The translations under genes were made by a program, and so were the position numbers. A DNA stretch of 64,000 bases from Minisyncoccia bacterium. Lineage in GTDB: Bacteria; Patescibacteriota; Minisyncoccia; Phycocordibacterales; PALSA-1337. The notes below the pieces were generated by a model, which saw nothing but the letters and a program-made list of their open reading frames with translations, made no database searches and had not been told where the DNA came from. The first letter of the stretch is position 1. Each line of letters begins with the position of its first letter. Where the stretch lies: assembly GCA_044228445.1 (NCBI GenBank), contig JBGAUV010000001.1, positions 250,495 to 314,494 of the forward strand, given 5' to 3'. Positions 38,875 to 48,173 of this stretch are shown here, in pieces.

Positions 38875-40037
38875 ATTATTTAAAAAACGTTGTATTAAAT
38901 TTATATAGAATAATTGAAGTCTATTTATATTTTATAAAAAGAGGTAATGCAAAAAACAAAGTTAATGATATAAAAACTATAGCCATAATACACAATGGGA
39001 AACTAGGTGATATGGTCTGTACAACACCTTTATTCATAGCAATTAATAAAAGTTTTCCAAATAGTAAAATCATACTATGTGGAAATAAAGTAAATAAAGA
39101 ATTAATGGAAAATGAGGCTTATATTGATCAATATATTGTTATTGATAAAAAAAATCCTAAAGATTTAATTAATAATTTAAAAAAACATAATATTGATATA
39201 GGTATACTCATAACTCCAGATTTTCTAGGAGCATATAGTTTATTTATGTCTAATGCTAAATATATAACTGTGCCCAAAATTTATAATGGTTTTAGTCCTT
39301 ATGAAACTATTTCATATAAAATCATTAGAAAGTTATTGAATACTGTACCACATGTTATGGGTGAATATGCACCTAGGCAATATATGAATTTCTTAACTGA
39401 TCTTATTGTATTGAATGAAAATGAAATAAATACAAAAAAGGCATTATCACAACCAAAACCTATTTCAATAGATAAGATTGATCAATTATTTATTGAAAAT
39501 AATATTAAAAAAGATAACTTTAATATTGTAATATCAAGTTCTGTTGCAAATAAAATTAAGAAATGGCCAAATAAAAAATGGGCAATGTTAATTGATAAAA
39601 TTTACGATAAATATAAAAGTAATATTATTTTAATAGGTATTAAAAATGATATACAAGATATTAATCATATTAAATCATTATTAAAACCTAGTACAAAAGT
39701 CTATGATTTTTGTGGTTTATTTAGTTTGGATGAATTAAAGGCTTTGATTTCAATTTCAAATCTATTCATAAGTGTTGATACAGGACCAATATATATTGCT
39801 GAAGCTTTTGATATACCGAGTATCGATATAATTGGTCCTATGGATGAAAATGAACAACCACCAAAAAGTGATAAAAATATGTTGGTAATACCTAAAAGAG
39901 AAAAACCCGAAATACATATAATGAATGCTAGACAATATGACAAAGATGAAGCCTTAAGACAAATAAATTCTATTGAAATTAGTGATGTTTATATTCAATT
40001 TGAAAAACTAATTGAAAGTGGTATCATCAAGCCATGA
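38871..40037 (+). CDS. Glycosyltransferase family 9 (heptosyltransferase-like)
   Basis: LGDMVCTTPLF; KKWP..KW; SVDTGPIYIAEAFDIPSI. Confidence 0.65.
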   Translation: MNYLKNVVLNLYRIIEVYLYFIKRGNAKNKVNDIKTIAIIHNGKLGDMVCTTPLFIAINKSFPNSKIILCGNKVNKELMENEAYIDQYIVIDKKNPKDLINNLKKHNIDIGILITPDFLGAYSLFMSNAKYITVPKIYNGFSPYETISYKIIRKLLNTVPHVMGEYAPRQYMNFLTDLIVLNENEINTKKALSQPKPISIDKIDQLFIENNIKKDNFNIVISSSVANKIKKWPNKKWAMLIDKIYDKYKSNIILIGIKNDIQDINHIKSLLKPSTKVYDFCGLFSLDELKALISISNLFISVDTGPIYIAEAFDIPSIDIIGPMDENEQPPKSDKNMLVIPKREKPEIHIMNARQYDKDEALRQINSIEISDVYIQFEKLIESGIIKP

Positions 40038-41065
40038 AAGATTTAAATGATATAGGTTTTGAGAATTATGAACCAGGTTTACCAGGTACTCCAGATCTTA
40101 CAAAGCTAAAGTCAAAACAGGGTGTAACTTGGCTTCAATTTAGAGAAACTCTAACTCCAAAATATCATATTGTATGGAGAGATGTGGCAATATGTTATTT
40201 TCTTATAATACTAGGAATAGTATTATCAATTTACACAGAGACAAAGTCCGGTCTATTTATAACTATTCCTGTAACAATTATTTCAGGATTATGGATAGGA
40301 TATTGGTTTCATTCACTTAGTCTGTTCTTACATGAAGCTGTTCATTATCTTATTCATAAAGATAAAAAAATGAATGATATATTAACTGATGTCATAATAT
40401 GTCCATTTATTTTTATTGATACAGCCGGATATAGAAAAATACACTGGCAACATCATACAAACTTGGGTACAACAAAGGATACTGAGAAATCATATTTTAA
40501 TGCTTTATCTCCAAGATTCATACTAGAATCTTTAACGGGTATACATGCTGTGAGAACTCTATTAGTTTATTTCTCTCCTGACAATCACACTGATCATAAA
40601 GAAAAAACATTATCAGAAAAAATAAAGGGTTTTGATTTTAAAAAAGCTCTAAGGTTAATAGTTAGTCAATCAATAGTATTATTGATACTTGTACTTTTCG
40701 GAAAATATTTTACAGCAATTGCTTGGATAATAGGTATTGTTATATTCTGGCCTTTCTTGGGTTCACTTAGACAAATTCTTAGACATAGAGGAGAGTATAC
40801 AAGTGTAAAAGTAGATTATTATAAGACTGATCAAGGAGCTTTCCTTAGAATGTTCGGTGATGATCTATTCTCAAAATCATTTGGTGCAGCAGGTTTTAAT
40901 AAGCATATGCTACATCACTGGGATCCACATGTTTCTTATACTAGACTCGATGATATGGAAAAGTTTATGTTATCAACTGAACTTGGACCTATTATAGATT
41001 CAGGTAGAACAAGTTATAAAAATATATTTTTTAAATTATTAAAACAAGGATTAGGCGATGAGTAA
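40034..41065 (+). CDS. Membrane fatty-acid desaturase/hydroxylase-like di-iron protein
   Basis: Three His boxes HEAVHYLIH, HWQHH, HMLHHW; TM segments. Confidence 0.7.
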   Translation: MKDLNDIGFENYEPGLPGTPDLTKLKSKQGVTWLQFRETLTPKYHIVWRDVAICYFLIILGIVLSIYTETKSGLFITIPVTIISGLWIGYWFHSLSLFLHEAVHYLIHKDKKMNDILTDVIICPFIFIDTAGYRKIHWQHHTNLGTTKDTEKSYFNALSPRFILESLTGIHAVRTLLVYFSPDNHTDHKEKTLSEKIKGFDFKKALRLIVSQSIVLLILVLFGKYFTAIAWIIGIVIFWPFLGSLRQILRHRGEYTSVKVDYYKTDQGAFLRMFGDDLFSKSFGAAGFNKHMLHHWDPHVSYTRLDDMEKFMLSTELGPIIDSGRTSYKNIFFKLLKQGLGDE

Positions 41066-41984
41066 CATATCGTTTAAAGATATATGTCCAATATGTGGTG
41101 ATAAGCCAGAGTTTTATACTAAAGCTCAGGATTTGGAATATAGAAGTTCTGATACATTTTTTACATATTTAAAATGTAAGAATTGCAAGTCTATATTTAT
41201 AAGTAATCCACCAAGTGAAGAGCTCGATATAATTTATCCAAAAAATTATTATTCTTTTTCTGAAAAGAGTAATAGTTTTATATATAAGATAAAGGATAAG
41301 ATTGAGGTTTTAATGTTTAAGAAAATAACCAAAAACATTAAAGGGAATGAACTTTCTGTACTCGATGTTGGTGGTGGTACAGGTTGGCTTATAAATACTC
41401 TAAAAAAGGCTGATAATAGATTTATTGATTGCAATATAGTTGATATAGATGAAAAAGCTAAAAAGATAGCTCAAGATAAAGGATATAATTTTTATCTTGG
41501 AAGAATCGAAGATGTAAATTTTAATAAGAAATTTGATCTTATTTTAATGCTAAATCTCATTGAACATGTTGTAGATCCATTAATAATATTAAAAAAAGCA
41601 AAAGAATTATTAAAAGATAATGGACTAATACTTATAAAGACACCAAATGTATCAAGTTTAGATTCAATTTTATTTAAAAATAATAATTGGGGAGGATTAC
41701 ATACACCAAGACATTTTATTTTATTTAATGCAAAATCTTTTGAATTATTATCAAAAAAATCTGGTCTAAATATAGTTAGTTTGAAATATACTCAAGGTGC
41801 ACCACAATGGACAACAAGTATAATGGGTTTATTGTATAAATATAAAATAATAAAAATTGATAAAAATATATCAATGCCAGAACATCCTTTGTATAAATAT
41901 ATATCTATAGTTTTTGCAGGTTTTGATTTTATTATTTCAATTTTTGCAAAAACATCACAAATGTTTATTATTCTTTCAAAATAG
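41058..41984 (+). CDS. Class I SAM-dependent methyltransferase with an N-terminal zinc ribbon
   Basis: CPICGD...CKNCKSIF; VLDVGGGTGW. Confidence 0.75.
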   Translation: MSNISFKDICPICGDKPEFYTKAQDLEYRSSDTFFTYLKCKNCKSIFISNPPSEELDIIYPKNYYSFSEKSNSFIYKIKDKIEVLMFKKITKNIKGNELSVLDVGGGTGWLINTLKKADNRFIDCNIVDIDEKAKKIAQDKGYNFYLGRIEDVNFNKKFDLILMLNLIEHVVDPLIILKKAKELLKDNGLILIKTPNVSSLDSILFKNNNWGGLHTPRHFILFNAKSFELLSKKSGLNIVSLKYTQGAPQWTTSIMGLLYKYKIIKIDKNISMPEHPLYKYISIVFAGFDFIISIFAKTSQMFIILSK

Positions 41985-41988
41985 TTAT

Positions 41989-44283
41989 ATGAATAAATTT
42001 GCTAAAATTACTTTATTTTTATTACCTATAACTCTATTATTTTTAATTTTCTTTAAGATAATTTTTGAAAAGGGTTTCTTTATGAATGGTGATAGTGTAT
42101 TTGGATATTTCACTTATTTTTATTATTTTGTTCATGATGGTCCTTTAGTTAGTCAAAATCTTCTATTGGGTTTTCCAGTTTTTTCTTCAAATACAGGTAC
42201 TTGGTTTTATCCTATAAATACTTTATTTTTTAATCTTTTTGGTGATGTTTCTGGTTATGTAAACTTAGTCATTATTAATATTATATTAACCTATATATTT
42301 TCTTTTTTATTTTTTAAAAAACATACAAAGAGCTTTATTGCTTCAGTATTGTTTGGTTTAGTCTTTTTATTCAATGGACAAAATATGCTTTGGATAGAGA
42401 CACTGGGTAATACAAATTATTATTTTGTTTTACCTTTAATACTCTATCTTTATGAATTTATAAAAAATGATAATAAGTATAAATGGATATTTAGAATACT
42501 TATAGGTATTTTCTTAGGAACTATATGGTTATCAGGACATGTGCAATATGTACTATATATACATACGATATATGCAATTTATGCTCTATTTATAAATGGT
42601 TTTAATTATAAAAAATATAAGCAATACGTAGGTGATATAGTTTTACCAAATATAATTTCTTTTATATTAGGTTATAGTCAAATAATTTCTATACTTAATT
42701 TTAAACCAAATTCAATAAGAGAAAGTGGGGTAATGATAAGTGATGTATTTTCTGGAGCTTATGGTTTTAATGATTTAATACACTTTGTATTACCTTTTTT
42801 TAGAACACCAATACTTTCTTGGAGTAGTCCAAGTTTATATATAGGAATACTCCCATTTTTACTGCTTATAACCTCTATAATTGCAATTAAGAATAATTGG
42901 CAGGATAAACTATATAGGTTCTCTTTTTTCACCTTTCTATTCTGTTTCATAGCATCATTTAAATATTCACCTATAGCATATTTATTACACTATTTACCTT
43001 TATTTAATTCACTTAGAGAAGGACCAAGAATAATGTTTATTGGTTTTATGTTCGGTGCAATTCTTATAGTTAAGACTATTATTAATGTTGAAAATAAAGA
43101 CTTTGAATTAAACATTTTAAATAAAGTAAATAATATATTTGGAAAGATTTTTCTTTTAATAGTATTACCACTAGTATCTATTTTTTCAATAGGCTATGGT
43201 TTTTTCTTCAATAAAATTTCAGATCTTATAAATAATTATTTTATTAATAATATTTATAATTCATCATATAAACTATCAAAAGAACATTATATAAATGTAT
43301 TAAATCAATATATAAAAGAATTGAATATATTTACCATATTCAATTATCAAATTGTGGTTTTTATTGTATTCTCTTTATTAACTTATATCTTTATTAAGAA
43401 TATAAATAAAATCAGAAACAGAATATTACCTATATCAATAGTTTTTATCTCATTAAATATATTATTTGTTTATATGTTTAATTTTAAGTCTATTCCAAGA
43501 GAGGAAATGTTAAAATTACCAAGTACAGCACAGTTTATTAAAGATAATGGTGGCAATATGCCATATAGAGTTTATTCAGTATTTCCTGGATTAAGTTTAT
43601 ACAATAAATACTCTGTAAACTGTAAGAATCATAATGATAGCGATGCTTTCTATATACAAAAAGAAATGATGGCACCAAATATAAACATGATATATGGAAT
43701 AGATATTATTGATGGTTATGATAACTTTATCCCAAAGATCTTATCAGATAAGCTTGCATATATAGGATCCGAAAATTCATTTTCAAAGAATAATATAATA
43801 AATAAAGATACATCTATACAAGAAAAAATAATTGAAATTCAAAATAATAAGGATTTATTAAAATTGATGAATGTTAAATATATTATTTCAATGTATAAAT
43901 TTAATGATATTGATTTTAAATTAGTTAAAACAAATGAATTGCCTTGTAATAATGAACTATATATTTATGAATTAAAATCATATTTACCAAGATATTTTTA
44001 TACCGATTCAATTGATAATATTAAAAAAGGTATAAATATAAATGAAATTAATCCCGATTATAAAAAAGAAGAGACCGTATTCAATTTTACTAGTGAAAAA
44101 GATGGATATGTATTTATCGGTAATACATATTTACCTAGTTATGAAATTTATATAAATAGTAAAAAAGAAAAACCAAGTATATATGAAAATTTATTTATGA
44201 TAATACCAATTAAAAAAGGTGAAAATAAAATCATAATAAAATATCCAATAAATCACAGTATTTTGGATATATTTAAAAAATAA
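41989..44283 (+). CDS. Large polytopic membrane protein, YfhO-like (GT-C-like glycan transferase candidate)
   Basis: More than 12 TM segments followed by a soluble C-terminal domain. Start moved to MNKFAKITLF after the upstream stop. Confidence 0.55.
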   Translation: MNKFAKITLFLLPITLLFLIFFKIIFEKGFFMNGDSVFGYFTYFYYFVHDGPLVSQNLLLGFPVFSSNTGTWFYPINTLFFNLFGDVSGYVNLVIINIILTYIFSFLFFKKHTKSFIASVLFGLVFLFNGQNMLWIETLGNTNYYFVLPLILYLYEFIKNDNKYKWIFRILIGIFLGTIWLSGHVQYVLYIHTIYAIYALFINGFNYKKYKQYVGDIVLPNIISFILGYSQIISILNFKPNSIRESGVMISDVFSGAYGFNDLIHFVLPFFRTPILSWSSPSLYIGILPFLLLITSIIAIKNNWQDKLYRFSFFTFLFCFIASFKYSPIAYLLHYLPLFNSLREGPRIMFIGFMFGAILIVKTIINVENKDFELNILNKVNNIFGKIFLLIVLPLVSIFSIGYGFFFNKISDLINNYFINNIYNSSYKLSKEHYINVLNQYIKELNIFTIFNYQIVVFIVFSLLTYIFIKNINKIRNRILPISIVFISLNILFVYMFNFKSIPREEMLKLPSTAQFIKDNGGNMPYRVYSVFPGLSLYNKYSVNCKNHNDSDAFYIQKEMMAPNINMIYGIDIIDGYDNFIPKILSDKLAYIGSENSFSKNNIINKDTSIQEKIIEIQNNKDLLKLMNVKYIISMYKFNDIDFKLVKTNELPCNNELYIYELKSYLPRYFYTDSIDNIKKGININEINPDYKKEETVFNFTSEKDGYVFIGNTYLPSYEIYINSKKEKPSIYENLFMIIPIKKGENKIIIKYPINHSILDIFKK

Positions 44284-44306
44284 GATTTTGTGCTATATTT
44301 TACTTA

Positions 44307-44954
44307 ATGACATATATATTTCAACCAGATAGATACCTACTTGTAGAGCAAATAAAGAAGAATTCACACTATATTAAAGGTAAGGTTTTGGATGTTGGTG
44401 CAGGACATTATTCTAGATATGAAAAGTTTTTTAAGGCTGAAAAATATATAAAAATGGATATTAACCATTCAGAGCATGTAGATATTGTAGGTAGTGTTGA
44501 TAATATCCCAATGGAAGATAATTCAGTCGATTCTATAGTTTGTACTCAAGTTTTTGAACATATTAGATATATCGATAAAAGTGCAAGTGAACTTTATAGA
44601 GTATTAAAAAAGGGAGGTCATGTAATATTAACTGTACCTCAATTGAATGAATTACATGAAGAGCCTCATGATTATTTTCGATATACAAAGTATGGTTTAA
44701 AAAGCGTTTTTGAAAACGTTGGTTTCAATATAGTAGAAATGGATCAAAGAGGAAGTTTCTTTTCTTCTACTGCTCAAATGATAATAAGGTTTTTATCAGA
44801 TTATTTTGATTTATATAATAGAAAAATCTTAGGTAAAATACTTGGTAAATTTATATATTTATTTGGTATGTTAAGTATCAAACTTGATAGTTTAGTAAAA
44901 CACAGTGCAAATAAAAAGCATGCAATAGGTTGGTGTTGTGTATTAAAGAAATAA
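44307..44954 (+). CDS. Class I SAM-dependent methyltransferase (type 11)
   Basis: VLDVGAGH; SVDSIVCTQVFEHI. Confidence 0.75.
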   Translation: MTYIFQPDRYLLVEQIKKNSHYIKGKVLDVGAGHYSRYEKFFKAEKYIKMDINHSEHVDIVGSVDNIPMEDNSVDSIVCTQVFEHIRYIDKSASELYRVLKKGGHVILTVPQLNELHEEPHDYFRYTKYGLKSVFENVGFNIVEMDQRGSFFSSTAQMIIRFLSDYFDLYNRKILGKILGKFIYLFGMLSIKLDSLVKHSANKKHAIGWCCVLKK

Positions 44955-44955
44955 T

Positions 44956-46125
44956 ATGAAAATATTAATACTATCTGATGATTTCCCCCCAAAAAGCTTC
45001 GGTGGAGCAGGAATTATAGCAAGTGTACAAGCACAAGAACTTCAAAAAAGAGGTCATGAAGTTAGGATTTTTACCATAACTGATGATGAAGATAAGATCG
45101 ATCCACGATTCAGATCATATTTAAGTTTATATAATATAAAAACTATAAAAAAGATTAGAAAAATCCTGAATGAATTTAAACCTGATATTGTTCATGCGCA
45201 CAATATTCATGAACATATATCATATGCTTCACTTTATTATGCAAAAAAGAGCGGAGCAAAAATCTTTATTACCTTGCATGATGCTATGAGTGTTTATTAC
45301 GGTAAAGTACCACAAAATTATATAAATACTGATAAACCTATTAGTTTAATAGATTGTTTTAAAACTTTTGGAATAAGAGTAAATCCTTTTAGAAATTTAA
45401 TAATTAGAAAATTATTTAATTATGCAGATAAAATATTTGTAGTTAGTGAGGCTCTAGGAAGATTTCTATCAAATAATGGAATAAAAAATACCATAGTAAT
45501 GCATAATGGTATAAATACAAATAATTGGAGAGTGCCAGATATTATTAAAAATGAATATAAAAAATCCTTAGGTATAAATAATGATACAAAGATAGTTATG
45601 ATTGCAGGTAGACTTAATAATATGAAAGGAGCTAAGGTTAGCTTAAAGGCTTTTGCTGAAGTGTTAAAGAAGTATAGGAATGTAGTTCTACTTATAGTTG
45701 GTAATAAACCTGAACAAAATAATGAGTTTAATTCAATAATTAATCAATTAAATATAGTCGATAAAGTAATATTTACTGGTTGGGTGAGATATGAAAATAT
45801 GCCAACAGTATATTCTATATCTGATATCGTCATTGTGCCTTCGTTATACTTGGATCCATTTCCAACGATTAACCTTGAAGCAATGGCTAGTAAAAAGCCT
45901 GTAATTGGTACAAAGTTTGGTGGTACTCCAGAAATAATTAAAAATGGTAATAATGGTTATATTATTGATCCAAATAATATTGAGCAATTTAAAAATAAAA
46001 TACTAGATTTATTAAATGATGAACAATTAACAATAAACATGGGTAAAAGAGGGTATGATATTGTTAATGATGAATTTAATTTAGATAAAAAGATTGACTA
46101 TCTTATATCATGTTATAATCATTAA
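44956..46125 (+). CDS. Glycosyltransferase family 4
   Basis: LSDDFPPKSFGGAG; LDPFPTINLEAMASKKPVIGTKFGGTPEII. Confidence 0.8.
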   Translation: MKILILSDDFPPKSFGGAGIIASVQAQELQKRGHEVRIFTITDDEDKIDPRFRSYLSLYNIKTIKKIRKILNEFKPDIVHAHNIHEHISYASLYYAKKSGAKIFITLHDAMSVYYGKVPQNYINTDKPISLIDCFKTFGIRVNPFRNLIIRKLFNYADKIFVVSEALGRFLSNNGIKNTIVMHNGINTNNWRVPDIIKNEYKKSLGINNDTKIVMIAGRLNNMKGAKVSLKAFAEVLKKYRNVVLLIVGNKPEQNNEFNSIINQLNIVDKVIFTGWVRYENMPTVYSISDIVIVPSLYLDPFPTINLEAMASKKPVIGTKFGGTPEIIKNGNNGYIIDPNNIEQFKNKILDLLNDEQLTINMGKRGYDIVNDEFNLDKKIDYLISCYNH

Positions 46126-46131
46126 AATAAA

Positions 46132-46887
46132 ATGACAAACGATATAAAACATAAAAATACCATTGTTGATTATTATAATAAAGAGAGTACTCAATATTCA
46201 AAAAAGAGATATGAGGGTAGTCTAAATACATATACCCAATATCTTTTTAGAAAAAGAATGAATATATATTTTAACTATATATTTTATGTTAAAAATGCAT
46301 TAAAACACCCAATTGACTTATTTGATATAGGTTGTGCTGATGGTGTAGTTTTATTTAATACTGAAGATAAATTTAGTGATTTTATAAAGTCATTTGATGC
46401 AGTCGATGTTTCAAGTTCTATGGTTGATATTGCAAATAAAAATAAAATAAATAATAAATTTAATTTTTATTTACGTGGTCAAGAACCAGATAAAAAATAT
46501 GACTTGGTTACTGAACTAGGTGTACATATATCTGATCCAGATTCAGAATATAAATACGTTAAAAATAAATTAAATAATAGTAATTCTTTTTATATATTTT
46601 CAGTTTCAAGTAAAAATTCTCTACATACAATATTTAAATTAAAGAATGATCCAAAAGCAAAACACTATACAGATTTAAAAACATTTAAACAGACTGAAGT
46701 TATATTAAATAGACATTTTAAAATTATAAAGAAGACACCATACGGTTTATTTATACCAAAACTATGGTCAATATCTATTTTGGGTTCATTATTTCAACCT
46801 ATAATTGATACTGTATTTAGTTTTATTACACCTAGTTTATTTCACGAGACTATATACCTTGTTTCTCCTTTGGATAAAAAAGAATAG
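46132..46887 (+). CDS. Putative SAM-dependent methyltransferase
   Basis: LFDIGCADGV motif-I-like; 3' end overlaps the convergent flippase gene by ~50 nt. Confidence 0.55.
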   Translation: MTNDIKHKNTIVDYYNKESTQYSKKRYEGSLNTYTQYLFRKRMNIYFNYIFYVKNALKHPIDLFDIGCADGVVLFNTEDKFSDFIKSFDAVDVSSSMVDIANKNKINNKFNFYLRGQEPDKKYDLVTELGVHISDPDSEYKYVKNKLNNSNSFYIFSVSSKNSLHTIFKLKNDPKAKHYTDLKTFKQTEVILNRHFKIIKKTPYGLFIPKLWSISILGSLFQPIIDTVFSFITPSLFHETIYLVSPLDKKE

Positions 46888-48108
46888 ATTGACTAAAAGC
46901 ATAAAGGTCCAAGATATTCCATTTTCAATAACAGCACCGAGTATTCCTAGTTTTGGGATCAAAATTAAACCAAATATTATAGTAGCAACATTACCAATAA
47001 TATTTAGCATATAAAGTGTCTTTGTATCTTTTATTATTTGGAAATAAGTAGCAAATAAAGATATTCCAGGGAAAGTTATAAGGCCTAGCATGTATATTTG
47101 TGAATAGAATATTGATTCCATATATTTTGGGAAAAATATCTTATAAATATATGGAGAAACAAAGTAATAAGCAATAACTATTAGAAATGATATTGCAGTA
47201 AGTCTAATTATTTTATCTGTTATACTTTTTCTTAATTTTATTTCTTCAAGTTCAGCAAACTTGGGAAAACCAATATTAAATATATTTTTAAAAAACGATC
47301 TAGCCTGCTCAGGTATAGCATTTGCAAAAGAATATACAGCAAGTGGAGCAGAACCTATAAAATGAAATAATAATATTTTATCTACTTGATTTGCTATAGT
47401 ACCTATAAAACCCATAATACTTAAATGATGTCCGTATTTTATCATTGAGCTATCATTTGTATTTGGATCAGGTTTATATAGTCTTATTACTCTAATATAG
47501 AAAATTATTGATAATATAAATGTACTACCGAAATAAGCTCCAATTAAAAGAATTATATTTGGATTGTATATCGCAACAATACTTATTGTTATTACATTGA
47601 TTAATTGAGTAATTATCCAATATATTGTACTTCTTTTAAAATCTTTCATTCCAGAAAGAAAAGCTCCATATAAACTAAAACTATTTGTAATAGGTAAGGT
47701 TAAACTAACTATTATAAAAGCAATTGCAAAATTTATATGATCATTTAAAAAATAGTATAGGGAAGCACCTAGTGATACTATACTCAATAAACTTCCCCAT
47801 ATTAATTGAGTTTTAAAAGATTCGTATACCGTTCCATTATTTCCTTTTGCTACTGCTTGAGTTAGACTCGAACCGAGTCCAGATAAAGATAATCCACCAA
47901 TTATTCCTGCTAAAGATAGTATAAATTTATAATCACCATAAAGTTCTTGTGATATTGTTCTTGCCAATACAATAGACAAAAATAGAGATGATAAAACTGC
48001 AATACCTTGACCAATAGTCATCCAGAAACTTCCTTTGGCAATGTATACCATATCAGTTTTTAGGTATTTTTCGCTAAAACGCAAAAACCTATAAATGACC
48101 TGTTTCAT
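46837..48108 (-). CDS. MOP-superfamily polysaccharide flippase (Wzx-like)
   Basis: About 12 TM segments; the only minus-strand gene in the cluster. Confidence 0.7.
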   Translation of the reverse strand: MKQVIYRFLRFSEKYLKTDMVYIAKGSFWMTIGQGIAVLSSLFLSIVLARTISQELYGDYKFILSLAGIIGGLSLSGLGSSLTQAVAKGNNGTVYESFKTQLIWGSLLSIVSLGASLYYFLNDHINFAIAFIIVSLTLPITNSFSLYGAFLSGMKDFKRSTIYWIITQLINVITISIVAIYNPNIILLIGAYFGSTFILSIIFYIRVIRLYKPDPNTNDSSMIKYGHHLSIMGFIGTIANQVDKILLFHFIGSAPLAVYSFANAIPEQARSFFKNIFNIGFPKFAELEEIKLRKSITDKIIRLTAISFLIVIAYYFVSPYIYKIFFPKYMESIFYSQIYMLGLITFPGISLFATYFQIIKDTKTLYMLNIIGNVATIIFGLILIPKLGILGAVIENGISWTFMLLVNLFFFIQRRNKVYSLVK

Positions 48109-48173
48109 ATAGACAAATCTACCATAATATTTGGTTTTTTACACTACATAATATTTTTACTTTATGCTATAGT

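Noticed and set aside
16444-41988. Longer N-terminal extensions given by the ORF track (17616, 30175, 36491, 41914 starts; also 3092)
   Set aside because: The extensions overlap the preceding gene or promoter elements and encode non-conserved residues. Internal ATGs just after the upstream stop or promoter are more plausible.
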